This document shows positions 27,973 to 38,602 of a DNA stretch of 64,000 nt, piece after piece; positions within the stretch are counted from its first letter, which is position 1; every line of letters begins with the position of its first letter. Made by a program: the position numbers and the translations under genes. The stretch is from Tubulanus polymorphus (Eukaryota > Animalia > Nemertea). The notes below the pieces were generated by a model. It did no database searches. It was not told where the DNA came from and worked only from the letters and a program-made list of their open reading frames with translations. The stretch spans positions 6,905,101 to 6,969,100 of the forward strand of contig NC_134035.1 of assembly GCF_964204645.1 (NCBI RefSeq), read 5' to 3'.

Positions 27973-29313
27973 TCATATTGTGAAACATATTTTTTGGAAA
28001 ATATAAAATAATTTCCCTGCCACGCCTACCTGTACCCTACAAACTTTTGGACGTGGACCGTAACCAAGTGTATATCTTTGGTCTTATTTGACTACAAAAT
28101 AATTCTTTAAGAAAGATAAAGTACAATGTAAACTTGTGGAACTTTGAAGTCACGAATTAAAATGATTTTTCAAGCAATGCCCTTACTCCAAACAACCTCT
28201 AGCTTTCAAGGTAAACCACACTTTGCCCATGGGCAATTTATTCAAAACACTCGATGATTTTAATGTAACAGAATTATTAAAAGAACAATTTTATGATCAA
28301 TTAAAAAATGAGTATGTGAAAGATGAAGTGTTTAATAGAACATTAAATATTTGGAATATTTAAGATAAAAAATCATGGTGAATTAGTAGATTTATACTTA
28401 AAATCAGATGTTATGATATTGGCTATATTTGAAAATTTAGAGAAGTTAATTTAAATCATTTAAATGTTGATCCTTGTTATTGTTATTCAAGTCCTGGTTT
28501 AACTTGGCAATGTGGTTTGAAATATACAAATGTAGAACTAGATTTATTAAAAGAACCAGACATGGTATTATTATTTGAAAAATCAATTAGAGGTGGAATT
28601 AGTGGTGTTATGGGCGATAGGTATTTTAAAGCAAATGATGAATATAAATTATTATATATTGACGCCAATAATTTATATGGTTGGGCAATGATACAACCTC
28701 AACCATATAAAAATTTTCAATTAACAGAAGTTGAAAATGATGATAAAACTAATTGGGAAAGCGCAATTATGAGTTTAGAAGATGATGCACCTATTGGTTA
28801 TTGCTTTGTAGTTGATTTAGAATATCCTGAAAATATAAAGTTTGAAACAAGAAACTTACCCTATTGCCCAGAACATTTAGCTGTAGATGATAGTTATCTA
28901 AGTGAATACCAGAAAAAAAATAATCCGAAAGATATTGTTTTTCGAAAAATTAATATTAACACAAAATAATAAACTCAATTATATCGTTCATTATAGAATG
29001 TTAAAATTTTATCTAAAACAAGGATTGAAATTAAAGAAAGTACATAGATATATTGAATTTAATCAATCGAAGTGGTAAGAAAAATATATAGATTTCAATA
29101 CTCAACAGAGAACAATATCTAAAACAGATTTTGAAAAATCATTTTTTTGAATTAACGAATAATAGTCAATGAAAAGAACGTCAATTGAATTTAATAAACC
29201 TATATTCATTGGATCAACTGTTTCAGAAATATCAAAATCATTAATGTATGATTTTTATTATAATGTTTTACAACCACTTTTTGGGGAAAAACATTGAAAT
29301 ATTATATTTTGAT

Positions 29314-30261
29314 TCTGTAACAGATCATACTCCAATATTATTAAAATACAATAATCAAATATTAATTAGAAGAATTTCAGAAATAATTTCTAACAAAATG
29401 AACGTTATATTTCATATGGTGAAAAAGAATTAATACAAATTAATGGATATTTTGACAAAAATGGATGGAAAAAGTTAAAGAATATTATTAGACATAAAAC
29501 AAATTATAAGAAGATTTATATAGTCAGAACTAAATTAGAGTTTGTAGATGTTGCAGAAGATCACAGTTTAATTAAACAACATGGTGATGAAATAAAACCA
29601 ACTGATATAAGAATTGGAGATGAATTATTACATAAAGGATTTTACCCAAGAATGAATCATATGTCATTTGATAAAATAATTGATAAAATTTATAATAGAA
29701 AACCAGAAACATTAGAAGAAAAAGAATATTTGATTGAAGGATTTTTTATGGGAGATGGTTCAGCAGGTGTGTATAATTATGTTAGAGGCAATAAATATTG
29801 TTGGTATATTTTCACGCAGCATTTTTCTCGGACTGCTGAGTAAACCAGCGACAACCAAGAAGACGAAACTAAACGTTGACAATGTTCATATTTCTTCGTT
29901 TCTATTCTCTGCCATAAATCTATTACATCCCAACATTGCTTTTAATTGTCAGAATCAAAACCTTATATACTATTTTAGTGATGACATATACTTCAACAAA
30001 AGAAAAGATAGTTCCAGATCATGTATTAAATGCAGAATATATTCTTAGAAAATGGTTCTTCATTGGATTCTATGCTGCAGATGGCGCAAGAAATTTACGA
30101 GTTCTCCAATAATAACATTTGCACAGAAAGGAAAAGTTGGTATATCAGGATTGAATCTATTATGTAATTCATATATATAATATATAACCCATCAGATTAT
30201 GTTTATAATTTATCAACTGAAGATGGAACATTTCACTGGATTTCCATTATTTTGCGTCAAT
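29314..30261 (+). other. Degenerate intein with LAGLIDADG homing-endonuclease motifs inside pPolB
   Basis: YFD|SVTDHTPILL (block A); GW...K.IIRHKT; FVDVAEDHSL (block B); IKP.DIRIGDELLH; YLIEGFFMGDGS (block C); FFIGFYAADG (block E); QKGKVGISGL; YVYNLSTEDGTFH (block F); GFPLFCVN|TDS (block G, +1 Thr). Confidence 0.88.
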
Positions 30262-30699
30262 ACTGACAGTTACATACTAAAAAACAAGACAAATGACATA
30301 ACTAAAGACTTAAAAACATTAAAACATCATTTTGATTTTAACAATTATCGAAAAGATCATGAATTATTTAGCAATGATAGTCAGAAAATTCCTGGTAAAT
30401 TTAAAGATGAATTAGGGGGTGATGAAATGATTGAATTAGTTGGGATATGAAGTAAAATTTATAGTTATAGAACAAAAGACCATGAAGCTAAAAAATTAAA
30501 AGGAATAACAAAGCATGTCGTTGATAAACACATAGAATTTCAAGATTATATAAAGTATTTATAAAACTCAATTGTAATGAAACATAAAATGAATTGTTAA
30601 AGATCAGAAGATCACGAGACGTGAAAATCCATTCGACGATAAAAGACATATTTTGGGTGATGGAATAAAAACATTACCTAATGGTTATTAAAAACAGAA

Positions 30700-31550
30700 A
30701 ATCAATATCATCATACTCAAAATCACTATTGGTTTCTTTATTTTCATCAAATTCTTTTTCTATAATTTCTATAGGTTCTTCCATTTCATTTTTCTCATTT
30801 AAATAAAATTCTATATTATTCCACATTTCATCTCGCTCTCCTTGTTTCTTTTTGTTTTAATTCATAAAATTTACAATCTTATTTAAAAAGAATTCATAAT
30901 TAATTGATTATGTTATTTAATTATCCACATAATATTTTAATATGTTTGTGAATCTTTTATATTTTCCATATCTTCCTTGTTAATTTAGGTTTTTTATAAT
31001 AATCGTTAAATAATGAATATAAATACATTTTCTTTTCTTTTGTGTAACATGTTGATGGAATAATTGTTTTTATTATATCTTTCTTAGTTATTTCACCATT
31101 TTTATTTTCTATCATTTTCATTTTTTTCAAGCCATTGCTTATATTCTGGTGTATGATCTTCCATAGAAAATATCTTAAAAATTTCATCTAGATATTTTAA
31201 TTTTGGTTCTATAAGAATATCTCTAGTTTTTTCATCACCCCATAAATTTTTTTGCCATCCACATTTATTACAAAAAATCACAGAATCTTCTTGTCTTAAG
31301 TATTTATAAATACATTGTGGGCAATTTTTTCTATCATATCTTGGCAATAGATCTTCATTAAGTTCTTGGTATTTTCTTATGTTTTCTTTATGTTTTATTG
31401 TTCTATTATGGAGATTTGAATTACTTGTTGTAATAATCAATGTACAATATATACAATAATATGTTTTTCTTACTAATTCATTATATTGTCTTTCTAACTT
31501 TTCAAGTGTTTCTTTATTATCTGGTAACGTTTTTTCATATTTTATTTTTT
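30700..31550 (-). pseudogene. Zinc finger plus VLTF3-like (poxvirus A2L-type late transcription factor) viral gene remnant
   Basis: YCIYC...LH.RTIKH finger, CPQC..(9)..FCNKCG ribbon, and C-terminal INYEFFLNKIV ... ERDEMWNNI; frameshifted. Confidence 0.5.
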
Positions 31551-31629
31551 CTTATATATTATTAATCAATTAGAAAAATATAGCTGCAAAGCAGCGATAA
31601 CGGGTTTTCTGTTGTCTTAGAATCCTGTT

Positions 31630-31895
31630 CATCAGTGGATTTTGACAAAGCATTTGATAAGGCACAACATCAGCCATTACTAACTAAACAGGCTATTTGG
31701 AAACAGTATCAATGATAGGTCGCCCAAATGGCTCAGCAGTTATCTCTGAACGAAAACTTATAGCCAAAATCAACGGAACGCCTCATCTTGGAATAAGTCG
31801 GTCTAACTAGTGGAGTCACGCTAGGTAGTATCCTAAGTCGTCTACTGTTTAATGTCCTGACAAATGACGTAGACAGTAATCCAGAATATACCGCA
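31630..31895 (+). pseudogene. Degraded non-LTR (CR1/L2-like) reverse transcriptase fragment; partial duplicate at about 33330-33450
   Basis: VDFDKAFDK..H..LLTK and TSGVTLGSILS.LLFNVLTND. Confidence 0.6.
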
Positions 31896-32442
31896 AATCA
31901 ATTGTGACAAAGTATTGATGCGACCATGTACCGAACACTATTATTGTGCCCCAGCATTTGGGGTCATTCTACTTGAACCCCAACATTCAATATGTCCACC
32001 AGATTCTGGTGGTGATAAAGTCATTTTAATTTTTCTGCCAACTTCATTTCTTCTTTCATATTCATCTAACATTAAACATCATTAAGAATGCGTCCCCTTA
32101 TTGAAATTAGGTAAACTATCTCAATATATCGATGTAACTAGGAAGACCTTATTTAAAATGTGATTTTTATGTCGACTTTTTGCGATATTGTCTCAATAAA
32201 TTGCCATACGTATCACGACATTTTAGCTAAAGGAGTGATAATTATGTCGACGGTATGCGGTTATGTTGAGATACAGACGTCGACATTGGTGAAAGGCGTG
32301 ATCCGTATAACGATTTATCGTGATATTAACACGATATATCGACTTAATTATGTCGATAAATCGCGATATATCACGTTTGTTCGACATAATTTCGCCGCGA
32401 TAAAAGGTCGCGACAGTTTTGTACGGGTCCCATATATACGGA

Positions 32443-32862
32443 AGTACGGAAGCGATAAAGGGTCCAAGTTGTCGCGTTCCAACTCAACAAAGTCGCCATA
32501 TTTATGTCGACATATCGCAATATATCGCTTCAAGTCGACATGAATATGTCGACATATTGTGACGTTTTGACGACAAATTTCGTTTTCTCAACCATTTTCC
32601 TCGCAACAATTCGGCATATTCATGACGACTTGAAACTCAGTCGCCATATAACTGGCGTCCTCATCTTACATTTCGACGTGTCTTCAAATGACGGCTTGTC
32701 CCATGGAAAATGGGCGAAAAAGCGAAATTTGTCATGAAAACGTCACGATATGTCGACATATTCATGTCGACTTGATGCGATTTATCGCGATATGTCGACA
32801 TCAATATAGCGACTTGTTGAGTTGGAATGCGACAACTCGAGGCCCTTTATCGCTTCCGTACT
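32443..32862. mobile_element. Fold-back MITE with ~155-bp imperfect TIRs
   Basis: AGTACGGAAGCGATAAAGGG and CCCTTTATCGCTTCCGTACT termini; arms are rich in ATGTCGACAT. Confidence 0.75.
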
Positions 32863-32949
32863 ATATTAGATTAATCGACTTCAAAATAGGCGAAAGCATA
32901 AGTCTTTATTACGTTATTAATTGGCCTAATTATTCAAAAGCTAATAAAG

Positions 32950-35680
32950 TGGGCGACAAAACCAAAAAAATTAATTGTCGCGGGCGATTAAACCAAAATA
33001 ATCAATTGTCGCGGGCGATAAAACCAAAATAATCAATTGTCGCTGGCGATAAAACCAAAGTATTGAATTGTCCCGGGCGACAAAACCAAACTAATGAATT
33101 GTCGCGGGCGATAAAACCAAAATAATGAATTGTCGCTGGTGATAAAACCAAAATATTGAATTGTCGCAGGCGACAAAACCAAAACAATGAATTGTCACGG
33201 GCGATAAAACCAAAATCTTGAATTGTCGCGGGCGACAAAACCAAACTTATGAATTGTCGCGGGCGATAAAACCAAAATAATGAATTGTCGCGGGCGACAA
33301 AACCAAAAAAAAACCGACTTGTAACCGAAGTCTTCTTCTGTTTAATGTCCTGACAAATGACATACACAGTAATCCAAAATATACCAGACCGAGTAAATTT
33401 CCAAAACAACCTTAACACACTGTTCGACCAAAAACTTAATGTTCCGGGCAAAACCACGGGCGACAAAACCAAAATTATGAATTGTCGCGGGTGATAAAAC
33501 CAAAATATTGAATTGTTGCGGGCGATAAAACCAAAATAATGAATTGTCGCAGACGACAAAAACAAACTATTGAATTGTTGCGTGCGACAAAACCAAAATA
33601 ATGAATTGTCGCGGGCGACAAAACCAAACTAGGGGTCCAGGGACACCATGCTCACTTGGGCAGTGGTTTCAAATGCTCAACAATCTAACAATTTCAATTC
33701 ATAACGCCCTCTAGTGACCATATATAAAAACCAATGACCTTGAAACCCACCACAATCATAGAACATGTGAGCAGCTATGATTTTGTAATTGATTGTGATA
33801 ACAAAATATGCCTCGTTACCAATTTAATATGGAAATACTAAGTTATTCTACTATTCAACGCCCCCTGGTGACCATATGCAAAACCCAATGACCTTAAAAC
33901 TCACCACAATCGTGGTACATGTCATGAAATACAACTTTGCAATCGATCATAGTAACAAAATATGCCTAGGTACCAATCTAATAAGGAAATACTAAGCCAT
34001 TCTACTATTCAGCGCCCCCTGGTGACTATATGGAATAACTAATGTCCTTAAAAACTCACCACAATCATAGACGATGTCATGAACTACAACTTAGCAATGG
34101 ATCATGGTAACAAACTATGCCTAGGTACCAATCTAATAAGGAAAAACTAAGCTTTTCTACTATTCAACGCCCCCTGGTGACTATATGGAATAACTAATGT
34201 CCTTAAAACTCACCACAATCATAGACGATGTCATGAACTACAACTTTTCCATTGATCATGGTAACAAAATATGCCTTGGTACAAATATAATATAGCGATA
34301 CTAAGTTATTGTATTAGTCAACGCCCCCTGATGGCCACATACAAAAACCAATGACCTTTAAACTCACCAAAATCATGGAACACGTTATGGGCTACAACTT
34401 TCCAATTGAATATAGTAACACAATATGCTTAGGTATCAATTAATTGTGGAAAAACTTTTTCCCACCTACGAATGAGTACTGATGACACCAAGATGGCCGC
34501 CAATTGCGTCATAATTGGCTGATCAAAAATACCTGTCCCAGGTATAAAACATCCCTCTCTAAAGAATATCCATCAGCAATTGCAATGAGAAATGGCAAAC
34601 CAGTAGGAAGCTACAGGACCTAGAATTCTGGCCAAAATTGACATTTTTGGGCACTAAAAAGGTCATAGGACGGCCATCTTGAGTCAGATCGACTCAATTT
34701 TCTTTTGCTGATGGGCCTTTGGTAGATTCAAATATAAACGAAAAATCAAGGTAATTGATCAAAGCGTCTTCAAAATTTTCTTCGGGCGACAAAACCAAAA
34801 TAATGATTTGTCTCGTGCGACAAAATCAAAATAATGAATTGTCGCAGGCAATAAAAACAAAATAATGAATTATCTCGGGCGATAAATCCAAAATATTTAA
34901 TTGTCGCTGGCGATAAAACCAAAATAATGAATTGTCGCGGGCGAAAAAACCAAAATAATGAATAGTTGCGGGCGATAAAACCAAAATGATGAATTGTCTC
35001 GCGCGACAAAACCAAAATAATGAATTGTCGCGGGCGATACCAAAATAATGAATTATCGCGGGCGACAAAACCAAACTAATGAATTGTCGCGGGCGACCAA
35101 ACCAAAAAAAGAATTGTCGGGGCGACAAAACCAAAATAATGAATTGTCGCGGGCGATAAAACCAAAATAATGAATTGTCGCGGGCGACAAAACCAAAATA
35201 ATGAATTGTCGCGGGCGATAAAACCGTAATAATGAATTGTCGCCGGCGATAAAACCAAAATAATGAATTGTCTCGGGCGACAAAACCAAAATAATGAATT
35301 ATCGCGGGCGATAAAACCAAAATATTGAATTGTCGCAGGCGATAAAACTAAAATATTGAATTGTCGCGGGCGACAAAACCAAAAAAAAAATTGTCACGGG
35401 CGACAAAAACCAAATATAAAACCAAAATAATGAATTTTCGCGGGCGACAAAACCAAAATAATGAATTGTCGCTGGCGATAAAACCAAAGTAGTGAATTGT
35501 CGTGGGCGATAAAACCAAAATATTGAATTTTTGCGGGCGACAAAACCAAAATAATGAATTGTCGCAAGCGATAAAACCAAAATAATGAATTGTCGCGGGC
35601 GATAAAACCAAAATATTGAATTGTCGCGTGTGACAAAACCAAAATAATGAATTTTCGCGGGCGACAAAATCAAAATCATT
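32950..35680. repeat. 31-bp tandem minisatellite (GAATTGTCGCGGGCGA(C/T)AAAACCAAAATAAT)n, interrupted at about 33310-33455 and 33627-34780
   Basis: Direct reading; period is 31 (e.g. 35161 to 35192). The repetitive ORFs in the track are artefacts of this array. Confidence 0.95.
33627..34780 (-). mobile_element. HINE family A copy, 5'-truncated, with five ~155-bp units
   Basis: Begins AACTAGGGGTCCAGGGACACC, the reverse complement of the HINE-A 3' end. Confidence 0.85.
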
Positions 35681-35999
35681 GTTTTCTCGCCTTATTTTAG
35701 TTTTGTTGTTTTGTCGTAATGTCGCCCTCATTTGCATATTCGTGTTTTTTTATCTTATCAGCCACCATACTAAAGCCTTAAGGTCGCGTAAAACTCGATA
35801 AACACTTCAAGCGACACAGCGAACGATCTCCTTTCCCCCACAGCGAACGCTTACTCCGAATGTCAAGTGTGAGTCCAGCATACGGATAGGAGTGTGTTAT
35901 ATACTTGTATTTAGTAAATACCTTGTGCATTTGACAATGATCGGTATGTACTGTAGGAAATATAGAGTATTGATAAATGGTTGAAGCCCGCGGCCGAAT

Positions 36000-38602
36000 A
36001 AAGTAATATATTCTTTTATTTTGATACCTCGTCGACATAACAGCTTTTCTCCGCCATATCTCTTCGGCCTTTGCTTTTCGAAAATACGAATCTGCTGCTT
36101 ATAAAGCTCACGAATCCAAAGAAAACGTCATATTTCTTCAAAAATATCTCCAAGAACAGGTTATTCCTAAATCTCTGAATTGGTTGAATAAATTCAAATC
36201 AGATCAACCATTTTCCAATGAAGCAGCATCTCATCTAAGACATTGCATTTTGGAAGCAAAAGACACTACCAACTCCAATTTCTATAAAATGCGTCAAGCA
36301 GAACGTTTTCTCAGACACCATATACCTGATGGTTTCCTTTGGCACTCTCTTCATTCGGGCATCAAGAATCTTTGCGCGGTACATCGTCTAAAGAAAAATT
36401 CGCATTTCTCTTCCATTCTATATAAATGAATCGACAACAGCCCTTGGACCAAATTTTGCGCTACTGATAATGTTGTCAATCTATCTTCGGCTAAATTAAC
36501 CAAAACACAAATTCAAGTTCTCGGTTTAGGATCAAATTTCTCTCTCCCGCATAGAAAACAACACATTTTGGATTTCGTTGAACGTATGGAAAGATCTCCT
36601 CCGGCTAGTTTTCAATACAATTTTATATTCATGAATTTGGACACCATTTGGAATACCCTTCAAGGTCAATCTAATCAGTTCTTTCCTCGGAGATTTTCGA
36701 TTGCTCTCCAGGAACTGAAATCCATCAAAACCATCCGCATCTCCAAGGCTGATAAAGGCGGCAAAATTGTTATTCAAGATTTGATCAATTACAATTCTAA
36801 AATGATTGCTATTCTCGGTGATTCCAATTTCTACAAATCCATCAAAAACAACCCTTTGAAAAAGATGCAATCAGCTTTTAATTTAGGTTTAAAAAACATC
36901 TCCAAGAAATTTCCTGACCATTCGGACTTCATCTCCAAATTTAACTCTCGACTTCCAAATCTTCCTTATGCTTATGGTCTTCCAAAAATTCATAAACCCA
37001 ATTCACCGTTAAGACCGATCATTTCTAATATCAATTCTCCATCATATCGGCTCTCCAAATATCTGGCTAAAGTACTCTCCCCGGCTTTGGGTACTTTTTC
37101 TGATTCTCACATTCGTCACAATATGGATCTTTTAGACAAACTCAAAAATCTCAAACCTAATGGACAAAAATTTATATCTTTCGACGCTGTTTCCTTGTTC
37201 ACTAATATACCATTGGAACCAACTCTCAATTTCTTAAGAAGAAAACTCCCGGACTCCAATCTTCATCTCCCAATTCCTGTAGAATGTTTACTTGAACTTT
37301 TGGAACTCTGTACTACCAATTTATATTTCCAATTCCAAGACAAATTCTATGAACAAATTTTCGGTTTCGTTATGGGTAACCCATTATCCCCGATTTTGGC
37401 TAATCTTTTCCTTGAACACTTTGAATCCGAAATTCTCCCTAAGTACGCTGGCTCTAAACCTAACTTTTGGATTAGATATGTTGATGACATTCTGAGCTTA
37501 GTTTCTGATAATTTTGATCTTACCTCTTTCATCGACTTCATCAACTCCCAATATCCATCTTTGAAATTCACTTTTGAATAGGAACAAAATGACCAAATTC
37601 CGTTTTTAGATGTTCTAATTCACAATAAATTTTCTCATTTGATTTTCTCAGTCTACCGTAAACCTATCAACGCCGAGGCATACCTTCACTTCTTTTCGTT
37701 TACTGCCAAATCAATCAAAATCGGTCTCGCTCAAGGCCTCTTTCTCCGTGCACTGCAGATCTGCGATGAAACCTTCCTTTCGGCTGAATTTGACCATATA
37801 TCCAACTCTCTTAGAAAATTGGCTTTCCCTGATCACATTTTGAAAATTGCTATTTCTAAGGCTAAACGTACTTTCTTCAATTCTAAACCTCCAGAAAATA
37901 AAAAACACATTTCAGAGTTCATTGTAGTTCCGTATGTACCTGTTTTGGAAAGGTTTCGTCACTCTCTCCCTTTATTGGATAAACAAATCATTTTCACGTA
38001 TGAAAACAAAATTAGTAAGACTTTGGTTAAAACAATCAATCTAAACCTTTGGACTGCGAAGTTTACAAAATTCCTTGTTTTGGCTGTGATAAAGTTTACT
38101 TTGGAGAAACTGGTCGTGATTTAAAAACTCGAATTTCGGAACACAAAAAGGATATAATAAATCAAAAACCGGCTAGTGGCGTAGCCAATCACGTTTGGAA
38201 CACTGGTCATCGTTTTAATTTTGATAAAGCCGAAATTATTTATACTTCCAGCAATTACACTAAACGCCACATAGTTGAGTCTGCCCTAATTACTCGTCAC
38301 TCAGATATTAGTACCAATTTAAATAATGGCTTTTCTCCGCATAATTCCCTTCTTTCTAAGTATATTACTTCATGCCTTGCCAAACACTAATTATTTACTC
38401 ACTCACCAATTTACTCAATTAACCTGTCCTCCTCTGTATATATACCCCTGTTTTAAGTCTATTTCTCACACCTGACGATGATCTCTAGGGTGAAATCGAA
38501 ACGTCGTGTCTTTTAAATATTTTAGATTTAATAAATAAATTCTTGTTTTTAAATTCTTTTAATCTGTAAATAGTGGGATTTTATCTTATTTCTCTTCGGC
38601 CT
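36000..38602 (+). mobile_element. Penelope-like retroelement (RT plus GIY-YIG endonuclease) with a few stops and a frameshift
   Basis: FLQ.YL.EQVIPKSL, VVNLSS..LT..QIQVL.LG.NF, KADKG, YGLPKIHK...PLRPIIS, SFDAVSLFTNIP, MGNPLSP.LAN, RYVDD, PFLDV, VYRKP, VYKIPC..C..VYFGETGR.L..R..EH. A 12-bp direct repeat TCTCTTCGGCCT occurs at 36059 and 38591. Confidence 0.93.
38468..38509 (+). ncRNA. Minimal hammerhead ribozyme-like motif in the Penelope 3' pseudo-LTR
   Basis: ACAC-CTGACGA-TGAT...ATC-GAAA-CG-TC-GTGT; conserved core with a palindromic ACGT stem III. Confidence 0.6.

Larger units (their letters stand above)
24529..28242 (+). mobile_element. HINE family C copy with nested insertions, inserted in pPolB
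   Basis: GGTTTACCTT (24531) and AAGGTAAACC (28208) sub-terminal IRs, then hairpin TTGCCCATGGGCAA. pPolB reads KGAIPYS...FKTLDDF across it. An empty sister copy lies at 41830-42970. Confidence 0.85.
22520..30691 (+). pseudogene. Protein-primed family B DNA polymerase (Polinton-type), disrupted, containing an intein
   Basis: SSYIKLP, INVQNEDNKCFLWS, VPFVISGDFES (ExoI), EndoVII-like DHDH...YRGAAH..CN, KGAIPY, LYLKSDV (ExoIII), SPGLTW, RGGIS, YIDANNLYGWAM, KPIFIG, YFD|TDS, GKFKDE, KKLKGI, FDDKR..LGDGI.TL..GY*. Confidence 0.92.

Noticed and set aside
29314-30261. Host Hedgehog-type Hint domain as the explanation for the intein-like motifs
   Set aside because: The insert lies precisely in the polymerase motif, ends in Asn followed by Thr, and carries LAGLIDADG blocks, unlike Hog domains
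32950-35680. CRISPR-like array of 31-bp palindromic repeats
   Set aside because: Units are head-to-tail with no unique spacers, there are no cas genes, and the context is eukaryotic; it is a minisatellite
33002-35737. Hydrophobic repetitive ORFs (e.g. FIARDNSLFWF) as membrane proteins
   Set aside because: They are translations of the 31-bp satellite in all three minus frames
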